A stretch of DNA of 64,000 nucleotides from Malacoraja senta (lineage: Eukaryota), in NCBI GenBank assembly GCA_038087875.1, contig JAXLNO010005921.1, positions 124,001 to 188,000 of the forward strand, written 5' to 3'. Position numbers and translations under genes: made by a program. Below the pieces are notes generated by a model that was not told the DNA's origin, searched no databases, and saw nothing but the letters and a program-made list of their open reading frames with translations. Of this stretch, positions 1 to 13,469 are shown piece after piece. Positions within the stretch are counted from its first letter, which is position 1. Every line of letters begins with the position of its first letter.

Positions 1-1130
1 ATGAGTGGAACATACGGCATAAATCTTGTCTGATGTGACGTTTTTCAGCCTTTATTGATATGCAGTGAAGTCTTAGAAACATTTAGCAATGTTACAAAAT
101 TTTGAGATTTTAAAAATCAAGTCTGTAATTTATCCCATCAGATAAAGCATAAAAAGAAGTTTAATTTGACACCTAATTCACTTTCATATCTTCAGTATTA
201 AAAAGGTTATGGCCATTTTCATACTCTGAAATTAGCATCTTGTTCCCTATTGCTTTTCCATTGACTTAACTCAAAAGCTGTGATCAAGGACAGTCAAAAG
301 CCCATAACTTTCTTAAAAATTAAGAGAACTGAATGAAATGTTCAGTTATTATAGATTGAAGCATTCTGAAACAAATATGAAACAATCTTACTTGGATGAC
401 CTGAAATTAAAGTATATAATTAGTTAGTTACCCAATTGTAGCTAATTACAAAATTCAATTACTAGATCTAAACATCTCTTAAGAATTTCTTAAGAAAAAG
501 TTAACATTTTTAAATAGCCTAAATGTTCAAATAACATTCACACAATAATTCACAATATAACATGATTTTTAAATCTCATGGTCATGAATTTATAGGCCAA
601 ATGGAAGGAATTTAGTGTTTAATTCCCGTAAATTAATGGCCATTTTAATAATCTTGCGAGTGGGTTTTTGTGGAACGCGCTGGTTTGGAACGTTGCATTT
701 GCGGTGAATTTAAACCTCATATCGGCAGGAAAAATACTGCCAGTTCGTATATTTACATAATGACATTTTCGCAATGTGAAATTTTGATTAAAGGCATCCT
801 TAGAAGCAAGTTTATATATAAAATAAACGGCTTTCCTTTACCTGTCCCGTACATGAAATCCGTCCCCGTTGTCGGCGTTGACGGCTTTAGAAGATTATTT
901 TTACTTTACTCCTGTTCGTAAAATATTCAGTGCAGTTTAAAAGAAACTTAATAAAACGGCAATCAAAGTGATTATTCTTTAGCATCTAAACAGCCTGACA
1001 GAAATCGATTTGATCAGGCTGGAGAAACAAGGCATTTTAAACCCGCCCATCTCTCAAAGGCGCCAAAGTCGCGCACACGGACAGGGACAGATCTGCAGCG
1101 TCGCTGAAGGTACGTTTTGTAACATACCTA
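1..1130. mobile_element. Unclassified non-autonomous repeat (DNA-transposon-like), copy A
   Basis: About 84-720 recurs inverted at about 45810-46443. Terminus ...ttttgtaacataccta (1130) is the reverse complement of taggtatgttacaaaa at 45408. Confidence 0.65.
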
Positions 1131-1199
1131 CAACATTGGCTTGAAAGCAATAGACTTTCACAACAGCATCAAGAAGATTCAGCTGCATTCTGTTTCTTG

Positions 1200-1380
1200 C
1201 CTTCGTTTTTACAGAGGATACAAGAGAAATATCCTCTCAACGACAGCATTGCTGACAGGGGTTATTAGGCACGTAAGGGCAAAGGTGGCAAGCTCTTTAA
1301 ATGCCTGATGCTGAAGTACACCAATCCAAAACTGTTCAGTGTCTGTCGGGAGTCTATTTTTCGTAAATGGAGCTTCTTCT
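1200..1380 (-). mobile_element. hAT-like transposase C-terminal dimerisation-domain fragment
   Basis: FWIGVLQHQAFKELATFALTCLITPVSNAVVERIF resembles the hAT C-terminal motif; it is fused to Gypsy RT in ORF 1209-1619. Confidence 0.55.
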
Positions 1381-2290
1381 TTCCATCTATATCTGCCATA
1401 CGGTGTGTTAAATGTCGTAAGCTGAGAACTCTCATCATCCAGTTCCACATGCCAAAACCTATTCTTGACGTCAAACGTGCTGAAGACATTGGCTTCATTC
1501 AGGTCTGTGAGGACATCTTCAATCGTTGTCATTGGGTAATGACTTCTTTTCAGCCCCTTGTTCAGATCCCTCGGGTCGAAACACATTCTCAACTTTCCGT
1601 TGGGCTTTTCTACACACACAAGGCTGGATACCCTTAGAGTGTGGGTCTCTACTGGGGCAATTATTTCAGCTTCTGTTAGTCTGTCTATCCTGTTTCAGCG
1701 TATTCCGTAAGGCTACAGGGACTCTTCGTGGAGGATGGATCACCAGCGTTACGCTGTCATCTACCTGCAGACGGTACTTGCCCTCGAATTTACCTGTCCC
1801 TTCAAACACATCAGCATACTCAGCCATCATTCTTTCCTTGCTCAGAGAGATTTCACTGCCATTCAGTTCTCTGTACAGACTGAGATGAGTCCCATCTGCT
1901 GGGCTGCCCTGCTTCCCAGGATTGGAATGCAGTCTTCCTCCAGGACTACAAACTCTACTTTGTATCTCCTTCCATACTTTAGATTTACTAGTTTCACCTT
2001 GCTTTATTCCAAGAGGCACCACTGTCGTATTGTTGTACATCGACAATACTTGCTTGGTTTCATCCACATCCTTTGCATGCATCTTGGGAATGATGTTACA
2101 TGTGGCTCCACTGTCTACCTGGAATTCTACTTCCTTCTCTTCCAGCATCGTGGTCGCAAAGATTTTCTTTGGGAATTGAGTCTCCTCAACACAGTGAACA
2201 CTCTGCTTTTGATGCTTCTGGTTGCAGTTCCACTGTTAGGCTGTGGGCCAAGGAGCTTTTTCGTTCAAGTTCGTGACCCAACTCACGATA
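1381..2290 (-). mobile_element. Gypsy/Ty3 LTR retrotransposon protease-RT fragment (frameshifted)
   Basis: Protease FQVDSGATCNII; PPRRVPVAL; RT KPNGKLRMCFDPRDLN...FWHVELD...TTFNTPYGRYRW. Confidence 0.88.
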
Positions 2291-2589
2291 CTACCTGAAT
2301 TTTTAACATATTGTGTAAAAATATTATATAAATCATACCTGAAACTCGTCAAGACCAAAACCTGCACATTTTTTACAAATATGAGAAAAAGCTCCGAGTT
2401 GTAATTGTCCAATCAATGCACGTTTGACATTGACGTCGGACGCAAATTGACCAATCCCGCGCTTTTTTTTATGGTCGCTAGGCAGCGATGACCCTAGGAT
2501 CATGGCTGCCTCCTCATTACATCAAAACAATAACAAGGTTTCCAAGGAATGAAGGTTATGCTAACCTTGCTGATAATTTTGTTTTTCAA

Positions 2590-3017
2590 TTGATTTATCT
2601 GTATAAAGTTGGGGTCAATCAGTGAGTCAGTCGGATATTCAGTCAGTCAGACGGTCGGTCGATCAATCGGTCAGTCTGTCGGTCAGGCTTGTCGGTAGGC
2701 CGATGGATGATGTGGAGAATCGGTCGGGCTGTCGGGCTGCCGGTGGGTGGTGACCGTTGGGGCGGGCCGCTGGTGGGTGGTGAGAGTGGTGACTGACAGG
2801 CAAGAAAGAAGACCAATCTGCTGATATAGCGATTTTTTAAACCTTCATAACTTGTAATCCTCCACCGATTGGAACAAAACTTGGTGCACGTGGAGGAGCG
2901 GAGACCAGTGAGTAAGGTGGCACAAAAATCCTAGCAATAAACGGTACAGTGTTTGTTCAAATTTAAAGAAAGGCAAACCGGAAGTTGTCAAGATGAGAGT
3001 TTTAGTAATAGTATAGA
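2590..3017 (-). mobile_element. Probable non-autonomous Helitron 5' portion
   Basis: Minus strand reads a|TCTATACTATTACTAAAA at 3017, similar to the 5' end of the element at 22007. No 3' CTRR end was found. Confidence 0.45.
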
Positions 3018-3329
3018 TAATTATACATATTATGTATGATTACAGTCATGTTCACGTCATATACATACATATATACAGATATATACACATATATAGTATA
3101 ATAATATATGGTTTAAATAGACCACAGCACGGAATTAGGCTCCCCATGGTGTAATATGGGCATAGGACACTAAATGGGGCTTACTTTTACAATCTAATTT
3201 TCTAATTAGTTTAATTAATTAATGTGCAACTTTTGGCATTGATGAGTTATGACTTCCTTCTCAATTATATTTTATCTAAATCTGTGCAAAATTTCATGTA
3301 GTTCCGAGACATGGGTCATGAAAGTTAAA

Positions 3330-4130
3330 TTCTAGACACATTTCTGAAGCTCGGCCCACAGCCTATGTGTGAATTTCATCATACTCTTGAATGTCATTAT
3401 ACTCATCACTGGAGCTCTCCACTTCCCCCACTGCATGCACAGATTTGTTGCCTTTCTTTTCTTCTGGTTCTTCTGTTGCACCTGCTTTTCCATCCATTGT
3501 GATGCAAAATGATTTATCTTATGGCATTTGAAACACTCCTGGCCAGATGTTGGACATTTCTCCTTCTTCCTCTCATGTTTGTGTCCGCGGTATTTACACT
3601 GTATGGTTGGCTGGTATCTTGTCCCCTCTTGTCTTACTGCACAGACATCTTGTCGTTGGTCACCTAACAGGACATCAACTCTGGCCTTGGAAAGCCTGGC
3701 ATGCCTTCACACACTTTTCATCTCTTATGCCCCATATTATGCTATCACTTATCAGTGAATCCTTCAACTCTCTGAAATTGCAATGAGCTGCCAAGAGCTT
3801 CAGTTCTGTTTAGAACAAATGTTTCCCCTCTTCTTGGCACCTTGTAAAGAATCAATACCTGTCGATGGTCTCGTTCCTCACTGGTTAGCAATGCTGATCA
3901 AAAGCATCGAGAGCCTGCATTAGCGTCACTTCTTGTCCGTGTCCCTCGCGGTTTTATCGTTTGGTAGAGCTCTCTCCCTTGTGGTCCAACTAGGTACATG
4001 AGCATTTTCCTCTTTATCTTATCATCCTTCCCTGTCATGCTCAAATCAACATAGAGCTCAAACTCGTCCCTCCATTGGCTCCACTCCATTGGTATATCCG
4101 TCCATGATATATCCGCATTCAGACTTCTTC
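3330..4130 (-). mobile_element. Gypsy-type gag fragment (degenerate)
   Basis: WSQWRDEFELY...LMYLVGPQGRELY and, further along, a zinc-knuckle-like CFKCHKxNHFASQ. Confidence 0.7.
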
Positions 4131-4149
4131 AGAGATTCTTCCATCTTCT

Positions 4150-6450
4150 AGAAGTATTAAAACATTGTTTTTAGTTTGAAGTCGTACCGTGTGCACCAAA
4201 CCCATAACATCAGGCATAATACCGTATATTGTCCAAAACACAAAGCCCAAAGTTTGACAGCATGAAACTTTTTCCTCCATGTCCAATCAACTCATGGATA
4301 TGTTGTAACAATGATGTTGAAGTGTGAAAATCATTCGAGAGAATAATAGGATTTTTAGCAATAACGTTCACTGTGATGTTTTGTTTAATTTCTGGATCAT
4401 TAGCAGAGGTTTCAAATCCCAGTTCATGTTTTGGCCATTCCCTGTCTGGCTTACAGAGCAACTCTTGTCCATTGATCTATCTCTTATTGCTTAAGAAGCG
4501 GTCTGCTGTCAGTCCTCTGGAAGCTTCATCCGCAGGATTTTCTTTTGTGTTAAAATATTTCCATTAATGATACATCAGTTGCTCCCAATGCTCTTTCCAT
4601 TGCCAAATTGTCTTTGTCCAAATCTAACTCTCTGGTCTCTTTGGCTCTATCATCTGGTAGAATGCTTCCAATACAACGCGACTGATGCTGATCCACTTGG
4701 AAAGCATGAATCCTCCCTTATTGCAGAGGGAAGTCAGATGTTTTACCATTTGAATTGCTTCCTGCTCAGTAGACATGGATTTTAAATAATCACCCACATA
4801 GAAATGATTCTTCAAAGTGGTTATCATTCCACTGTAAAATGAACTTTGTGGTCCTCTGCGGTCTTCTTTGATGCAAAGTTCACACAACTTGGTGATGACA
4901 CTGCTCCAAAGAGATGTACCTTCATCTGGTATTCAACAAGATCTTGCTGTACATCCCCTTCAGGCCACCATACGAATCGCAGGTAGTCAATGTGTTTTTC
5001 TGATACTTTGACGATGAAACATCGCTCTGATATCAGCCATCAAAGCAATTGGTTCTTATCTGAATTTAATGAGAACTCCAATGAGTGAGTTGGTAAGGTC
5101 TGGACCTTACAATAGTTGACAGTTAAGTGATGTTCCTTTGAAGACTGCAGCCCAGTCAAAGACCATCCTCAAAGTCCCTTTCTTCGAGTGATACACCCCA
5201 TGGTGCGGAATATATCATAGCTCTCCATCACTTCGATTCAGTTGGTTTGTTGGTACCAGTTCGGCATAATCTTTGTCAATCATATCCTTTTGGAAAGATG
5301 TATATTCCTCATGAAATTTCGTATTCTGGCCAAACTTACGCTTCAAATTTAGGATGCGTTGCTCTGCCATATGACGATTATTTGGCAGACTAACACTTTC
5401 TTGTTTGAAAGGAAAGTCCAAACAATAGTGTCCGTCCATTATCTTTACTGAGTAGTTCATAATATCCAAGAACTTTAACTCTTCCCTGGACATTTCTTCA
5501 GATTCCTTACTAGTTCTTTCATTGAAGTCATGATTGTATTGCTTGATCAATAGCTTTTCTAATTTACCAGTAGATATTTGATTAACAGCAGCGGCAGGAT
5601 AGTTCTTCTGGTTTCCGCTTTCATTGTTCCTTCTCAAGGAGCCATAGATAACCCATCCTAGTAGGGTTTTCACAGCAAACGGTCCATCACCTTGGCTCCT
5701 CACAATCTGTATCGGTTCCAATGCCTTCAATGCATTCGTTCCGATAAGTAGGTCAATATCAGAATCTATTTTAGATATTTTGACATCCTTCAAGTAAGGC
5801 CATTGTCTCAAGTCCTCATGTCTGGGTATATTTTGATGACCAATAGGCATGGTTTCATGTGTAAACACTTCAGATATTGGTATAAAATTATCTTCATCCA
5901 GACTAGATATTTCCCTACTTGTAATGTAATGATTAACGGACTCCTTCTCTTCATTCATGGTATGCAATCGAATCTTAATCTCCTCTCCTGTGATGTCCAG
6001 CCTTCTCATCATGCCTTCTATGCAGAAGGTAGCCGAACTTCCGTGATCTACAAATGGATATGTTTGCAACACTGTATTCGTCTTGCTATTCCTTACCTGT
6101 ACTGGTAAGACAGAGAAGATACAGGCTTCTAACCCGGCCCCAATATGAGCAGTTACTTGAGGTGAGGTGACAGCATCACTAGTAGCTGGCTTCTCCTTCT
6201 GTTCTATTTGCTCCGGTTACCATTATTCGGCCTGCTTTATCTCACCACTTTTCTCTCAGTCGTCTGGGCAGTTTTAGAATGATGGCTCTAGTATTACTAA
6301 CAAGATTCATCTCCCCCATGTGGTTGAGATTTTTCATCGAGCTACATCAACCTCTAAGAAATTTTGCAAAATCAATGCCTCCACATCTTCTGGCTTGATA
6401 TCTTTCCAAGCGTAGGCCTTCTCCATGTATACGTTAGGAATCCTCTGTTC
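4150..6450 (-). mobile_element. BEL/Pao LTR retrotransposon gag-pol remnants
   Basis: Protease-like TYPFVDHGSSATFC, AVKTLLGWVIYG, HYCLDFPFK...LPNNRHMAEQR, FYVGDYLKS (RT YVDD-like) and integrase-region fragment. Confidence 0.85.
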
Positions 6451-7046
6451 AAAGTAACATTAGCAAATTTGCAGATGACACAAAGCTGGATGGCAGTGTG
6501 AGCTGTAAGGAGGATGCTATGAGAATGCAGGATGATTTGGACAGGTTGGGGGAGTGGACAGATGCATGGCAGATGAAGTTTAATGTGGATAAATGTGAGG
6601 TTATCCACCTTGGTATCAAAAACAGGAAGGCAGATAACTATATAAATGGCGTCAAGTTGGGAAAAGGGGAAGTACAATGGGATCTAGGGGTCCTTGTTTA
6701 TCAGTCTATGAAAGTAAGCATGCAGGTACAGCAGGCAGTGAAGAAAGCGAATGGCATGTTGTCCTTTATAACAAGAAGAGTCAAATATAGGAGCAAAGAG
6801 GTCCATCTGCAGTTGTACAGAGCCCTAGTGATACCACACCTGGAGTATTGTGTGCAGTTTTGGTCCCCTAATGTGAGGAAGGGCTTTCTTGCTATTGAGG
6901 GAATGCAACGTAGGTTTACAAGGATGGCGGGACTGTCATATGCTGAGAGAATGGAGCGGCTGGGCTTGTATACTCTGGAGTTTAGAAGAATGAGAGGGGA
7001 TCTTATTGAAACATATAAGATTGTTAACGGTTTGGACATGCTAGAG
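6451..7046 (+). mobile_element. CR1 LINE ORF2 fragment
   Basis: FADDTKL...[12 protein letters not shown]...PHLEYCVQFWSP...QRRFTR. Confidence 0.92.
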
Positions 7047-9763
7047 CAGTGGTCCCCAACCTTTTTTTGGCCATGCCCGACCTAATCACCTCTAAAATCC
7101 TGATGCCCCCCACCCCTCATGTGGTGATATATAATTCTTATCATTTCAATACCTTGGTTTAAACAAGCTTCAAAAGAACATGGCATCCATGAAAAAGAAA
7201 AATGAAATAAACAAAAGACAGTTAAAGTTCTGAGCAAAAAATTACTAAAAAATTGTTAAAAAAAAGAAAAAAACATTAGGTGGTATTAAAATAATAATAA
7301 TGATAAATATGATAATAAAAGAGTATTCACAGGTAATAAAGAGAGAGAAAATTTCTATATTAGAATATTGAAATATTTGTGGATTGTCTCATACCAAAAC
7401 AGCAAATAAAGTTTCAAAACATATAATAGAGAACTGAAATGTTATACAACACAAACTAATTTGAATGGAAGCTTTTTCTGTAATACATCGATCATTTTAA
7501 TTACTGTACAATAAAGTAAAGGTACCTATCAAATGCAAAATACCATTTGAGCTCACCTCAAGATAATTAGAATAAAGTTAGTGAGACCCTTGTGCTTCAT
7601 GCCTGCTGCAAAGAGATTTTATATTAGGCACTAATTTAGTCAGCTTCAGTCTCAAATCTCCTCGTTTAGTGATATCCAGTCGATTTCTTTTCTCCAGTAG
7701 CAAATCATTTACAGCACTAAAGCCACATTCAGCTAAATATGTAGATGGGAATGGTAACAACCGTTTTCTTGCAAAGCTGGTTGAATTTGGGTATCTAGTT
7801 TCTGTCTCATCACAAAGCCATGCCATCACTCCTTTTATGTTGAATAAAGTTTTAACTGACTCATCATTTTGTATTTCCGAGAGTTCTTCTTGGTACTGCA
7901 TTGAAACATCAGATAGATCCACTAGCACTGGCTGCATCACCCATGTTGGAAAATCAATCTGTTTTAAATCAGAAAATCTTTCTTTCAAATCAGAGGCCAA
8001 TATTTTCAGATGATCCACAATGACAAGTACAGCAGCATCAGTCGGCTCACATTTCTTTAGCCAATGAAACTGGTCAAAATTTTTGTCAGAAATATGTTTT
8101 TGGCATAACTCGATAAATGAAATAAAGCCAAATATCTTCGCCTTTGCATCAACAAGAGTTTTATTTGTTCCTTGAAGTTGTTTATTCAACACATTCAGTT
8201 TTTCAAAAATATCTGCTAAATAACTCACAAACGCTTTTCCATCAACGGTTAGCAGGTGCTTCATTTCAGGCTTGTCACTTAAAAAGTCACAAAGCTCATC
8301 AAATAGTTCCATGAATCTTTTCAAACAATTCCCCTTCGAAAGCTACCGCACCTCAGTGTGAAGTAAAAGTCTCACATGGTCTGCATTGTTATCTTCACAA
8401 AATTGCTGAAAAGACGCCCACATTTGGCATTAGCTTTGATAGCATTGATAGATTTTATAACTGATTTCAGTACCTCATTAAGTACAGGAGAAATATTTTT
8501 CGACACTAAGTTCTCTCTGTGAATAACACAGTGCACAAGAAGCATTTCCGGATTCTCATCTTTCATCAATTTTAAGCAACCATTTTTCTTGCCCATCATA
8601 ACAGGAGCACCATCAGCTGCACAAGATGTTATGTTTTCCATTGGTATATTATTGACATCTAAGTAGTGTTTTAGTTTATTATATATATCAGTGGCGGTAG
8701 TGGTGGTCTCTAACGATTTGCAGAATAACATTTCTTCAGCAAATTCACCTTTATCAATATATCTTACATAGGTTAGCAATAAGGCCTCACTGTCTCTCAC
8801 AGTTGATTCATCCATTTGTACTGAGAATTTTCTTGATTTCAGCTTTTCAACAAGTTGCGTTTCAATATCTTCACTCATTTCATCTGTTCTTCTCCTAACA
8901 GTGTTGTTACTGAGTGGCATGGCTTTAACATCTTTGTCATCTTTTTCCAGAACTGTTTTAAGAAATGCTGATAATGATGGTTTAATTAAATCCTCCCCTA
9001 TAGTATGATTTTTTCCAGATTTAGCAATGAGTAAAGAAATTTCATAACTAGCCTCAAGAGTACGACTGACAGTAACAGTTTGTGCAGTGAACAGAGACTT
9101 TATTGTTGATCTTTTTTCAAACTTATCCTTTAAAGATTTGAAGTAATTCAAATCTGAATTTACATACGCACTATGTTTCGCCTTCAAATGCGCCTCAAGA
9201 CGACCTGGTTTAATTGATTCGTTGGTCAAGCATTGTTGGCATAAGAGGCAGAAAGGTGACCGTTCACCATGGACAGCGGGTATGAAACCAAGTTTTAAAT
9301 ATTACTCTGAATACTGACGAACTTTCTTCTTGCTTGCACTACTCATTTTAGCACGAGCAGTCAAAGAAATAATTCTCAGAAAATGGATTGCTTTCCCTTG
9401 AGAGAAAACGGAGGAAATAGATATTATAAGGGTAATTTAGCAAAAGCTCTTTGAATCGCATTTCTAAATCCAATTCAATAAATAAGGTTCTCCCATGACC
9501 TCGCGCGCTTCGTGCGACGTGCATGAAGAGCGATGGCGCGGTGATTATGTAATAACTACACAATAAAGACCTTTTTTACCCCAAAAAAATTATTTACTCA
9601 AAATAACATCTGAAACATAAACTACATATGTTTACCTGATGGAAAATCCAAAAAAATAAAAATTGAAAATTTGGACCCAGACCTCCTCAGTCGCGCTCAA
9701 TTGCCCCCCTTAAAAATCAAATTGCCCCCCTGTGGAGCGTACGCCCCACGTTGGGAACCACTG
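7047..9763 (-). mobile_element. Near full-length hAT (Buster/Charlie, ZBED5/8-like) DNA transposon, 2717 bp, transposase disrupted
   Basis: TIRs cagtggtccccaac (7047) and gttgggaaccactg (9763). Transposase starts at ATG 9346 (MSSASKKKVRQY...CLLCQQCLTNESIKP..HLKAKH), with FSVQMDEST, DGAP, HCVIHRE and PFPSTYLAECGFS. One frameshift near 8400 and EVR*LS at 8343-8345. Confidence 0.93.
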
Positions 9764-10260
9764 ATGTAAACGGTGGCATGCACATATGTGTAGTGGAGAT
9801 TATAAATGGCATGGATCAATAAGGGTTAATCTACAAACCTCACTTTTCATTATCTACATCATCGATTTGGCAACCACCAACTTTGTGGCTAGTTCCAGGT
9901 GTGCTTTTCGTTACCTTATCTCTTCTTCTTGTCGCCTCATCTCTTCTCTCAGCTGTTCTTCTTGTCGCTCAATCTCATGTTTCTTCTCCAAGGTATTTGA
10001 TTCTATTGAGAGTGCAGCTAGATCAACTTCAACTTCCATTCGAGCAAAGGCCCTTGATGCTTTACTGGCTATAGAACCAGATTTATGTCCTGATCTTTGT
10101 GTAGATACATTTGAAATATTATCTTGAGGTGTAATCACATCTTCCATTCCAGCACCTTGTTGCGTGGCTTGTTTCCTGTTTTCCAGGCTGGCAAGCGAAC
10201 AAGCTTCTTGGCTTCTTTCCAAACTTTAGCAGAACTAAATTTCTCCAGACTCTTCAGAAG
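9764..10260 (-). mobile_element. BEL/Pao gag N-terminal fragment
   Basis: Ser-rich then coiled-coil SIASKASRAFARMEVEVDLAAL...LEKKHEIERQEEQL, typical of BEL gag; collinear with 4150-6450. Confidence 0.65.
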
Positions 10261-11159
10261 CTGTTTGAAGTAAACATTCCAGCTTCTGAATTCAACATAG
10301 TAGAATAGTTGTTCTACACAAGATTCTGGGCAGTGGGCAGGTGCTATAGACCTGCACGGGAAGGTAGACGCTCCCGTCCCCACGAGTCTCGGGCAGATGG
10401 GGCTCGTCAGCCTGGGAAGGCAGTCCATCTAGGAGAGGGAAAACTCTGATTTAAAACCTCCACTGCCTTGTGGCTATATCCAGTCATGGAAAAGGCTCCA
10501 GGAGTAAACCTGGCTGGTTGAGATCTATTTTCTTCAGTTCCTCTTCCAAGGAACCAGTCTTCAGTTCCTCCTGGTACTAATTTTTGGGCGAATCTCTCTC
10601 CAGAGATCCAGGCCAATCTGTCCCACTTCTACCACCTCCTGACTGTAAGGTAGCTTTCGACTCGATATAATGGCAGATTATTATATTGTTCAAGGATTTT
10701 CTCCCTCTAGCCACTAGGAGAAGACACGGGGTGAGGAGATAGCGTCGTTTTACGAATGGGAACTCTCCACGAGACATTCAAAGCCGTAGAAAGATAAATC
10801 ATCAAAACAAACTCTCTTGATTAATAGTTTCTTTATTGTCAAAGTAAAACAGTCAGATATTCATCTAAACCTCTTCTTGATAAGTACATTTTAATCTTCG
10901 TCAAACTCCAGCATGTGGCTCCGAAATATTAGAAAACGTCTTTGGTGTTGGAAAGCTCTGACCATTGGTCGAAAGCTATACTGTCCCACCATGCTTCCTC
11001 CGAACTAAATAAAAACCTACAAGTTTCTTCCAAGAATCCCAGCAGCAAACACGCCTCTGACTACATAATATATCCCACCCACATAATTACAGGCAGACAA
11101 CATTTAAAGGCAAATTCCATAATTTATGACACAAAAAATTAAGCCAAACGGCCACTACA

Positions 11160-11314
11160 CTCACTCTCTCACTCACTCATCTACTCTCACTCACTCACTC
11201 ACACTCTCATTCACTCACTCACTCTCAGTCACTCACATTCACTAACACACTCACTCACACTCTCTCACTCACACTCACTTACTCACTGTCACTCTCTCTT
11301 TCTCTGTCTCTCTT

Positions 11315-11358
<44 letters not shown>
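11160..11358. repeat. (CACT)n/(CT)n microsatellite
   Basis: Direct inspection. Confidence 0.95.
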
Positions 11359-12299
11359 GGTAACCATGTGCCTATGATCTCCAGTGAGCAAGTGTTCGAA
11401 GAAGCTCACAAACAAAGATCTGGAGTTCCTACTCTTTTTTCCCCTCTCTTCCTTCATCCGGTCCACCTTAGCTGAAACACCAGTAACTAATATGTTCATC
11501 AGACACGGACTGCCCCGAACCTACATGAAAGTTTCAAAATCTCGGCGCTTTCTCTCAGCATTGAGTGCACTAATGTAAAAAGAAAATGTATCTACGGTAT
11601 TGGACACAGATGTTAAACACAAATTGCCTGCGGTATCAGTGAAACCTTCTGTATATATACTTTTGTAAATAGTTTTGAATATTCCCTGTTTTTAATTAGT
11701 TTTTAAGAAAATAGCTATTATTAATGAATTTCAGTGCATCAATTTGTTTTTTGAAATAAAATTTTGAGATATTTAACGCATTAGGCTTTGGCGGCTGTTA
11801 TTTTTCTGCTCTGACCTTAACCGCTGCTCTCTGCATGTTGTTTATTTGTTGTTCTGAGTTTGGTTCCATGGTATGGATTAGGTATTGGGAATACAGCCAT
11901 CTCTTACACATCACAGATCCAAGCACAAGTCTAATTTCCCAATAAGCTGTTCACGTACTATTTATGGTAACTCCCTTCAATAACATTATCGAGATAGACA
12001 CAAAGTGCTGGAGTTACTCAATGGGCCGGGCAACATATCTGGAGAAAAACAATGGGTAATTTTTTTGTTTTGTTTAGAGATACAGCACGGAAACTGGCCC
12101 CTTCAGCCCACGGAGTCCATGCCGATCAGCGATCCCTGCACACTAACGCTATCCTACACACACTTACTTACTTAGACTTAGTTCCTCCCACACTGTTGAG
12201 TGCGTTGGGCAGCAAGCTTTGGCCATTCTGTTCGGTTATGTGCAACGTCTTCCACCCTCGATAGGTTAGCGTCCCGGGCTTCCAAATCCTACCAGAATG

Positions 12300-12745
12300 T
12301 TCACCTCATGTGAGTTTTGGTCGGCCTCTTTTCCTTCTTCCGTCAGCTTGCCATGTCATTGCTATCTTAGGTGCACGTTCTGCTGACATTCTGAGTACAT
12401 GTCCTGCAGATTTCATCCTGTGTCCCTCCATGTCCTGGATGAGAGGCTTTGTTGCAATTTCCCGGTAGATCTCCTCATTTGTGATGTGGTCTCTGTAGCT
12501 AGTCTTCAGGATCCTCCTCAAGCAACGTTGTTGGGATGCATCCAATTTATTTTTCATCTTCACATTGATTTTCCATGTATCAGTGGCACAGAGGGCTGTA
12601 GGGAAGACTACGGACTGGAAGAGTTTGACTTTTAGCATCTTGGATATCCCACCACTAGACCATATTGGCTGCATTTGTCTGAAGATTGATGCAGCTTTAC
12701 CAATTCCGAGTATTTTATAATTTTTACCGAAGCAAATTAAAAACC
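12300..12745 (-). mobile_element. RTE-clade LINE ORF C-terminal fragment
   Basis: LDASQQRCLRRILKTSYRDHITNEEI...GHVLRM...KIAMTW...GRRKRGRPKLT. Confidence 0.85.
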
Positions 12746-13349
12746 CTAGCGTCTTTGGCATTTTGGAGGAAACCGGAGCACCTGGAGAAATCCCACAAAG
12801 GTCACGGGGAGAACGTAAAACTCCATACAGACAGCACTCGTAGTGTGGATCGAACCTGGGTCTCTGGCGCTGTAAGGCAGCAGCTCTAACGTGGGTGACG
12901 TTTCGGGTCGGGACTCGCCTTCAGACTGAAAATAGAGGGGAGGGAATTGGAGGTAAGAATAGAATAGAAACATAGAAAATAGGTGCAGGAGTAGGCCATT
13001 CGACCCTTTGAGCCAGCACCGCCATTTAATATGATCATGGCTGATCATCCAGAATCAGTACCCTGTTCCTGATTTCTCCCCATATCCCTTGATTCCATTA
13101 GCCCTAAGAGCTAAATCTAACTCTTTTAAACACACGGACCAATATAGAACAAATCAGGGCCAGCAACAGGTGAACAGCAACAGCAAGGAAGGGTGGAGCC
13201 CATAATGGCCCATTGTTGGCTGGGGAAGAGGTTATAACGAAGGGATACAATAACATTATTACCGACCCAAAACATTGCCTATCCATGTTCTCCAGAGATA
13301 CTGTCCCACTCAGATATTTTGTGTACACCAGCATCTGCAATGGAGCAGT

Positions 13350-13377
13350 CTGAAGAAGGGTCTCGACCCGAAACGTC
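13350..13377 (+). ncRNA. Minimal hammerhead-ribozyme-like core in a Penelope-derived short repeat (representative copy)
   Basis: CTGAAGA-A-GGGTC-TC-GACCC-GAAA-CG-TC: CUGANGA, stem II, GAAA, palindromic ACGU helix III and GUC triplet. Activity untested. Confidence 0.55.
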
Positions 13378-13469
13378 ACCCATTCCTTCTATCCAGAGAT
13401 GCTGTCTGACCTGCTGAGTTACTCCAGCATTTTATGTCCAGCATCAGCAGTTCTTTGTTTTCATATTCT

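Noticed and set aside
1209-1619. ORF as a novel RT-hAT fusion protein
   Set aside because: Chance in-frame junction of two degenerate TE fragments.
10340-10520. RTE-like 5' UTR sequence with hairpins, considered as an HDV-like ribozyme
   Set aside because: I could not fit the nested double pseudoknot (P1/P1.1/P2/P3) by hand; only simple hairpins are visible.
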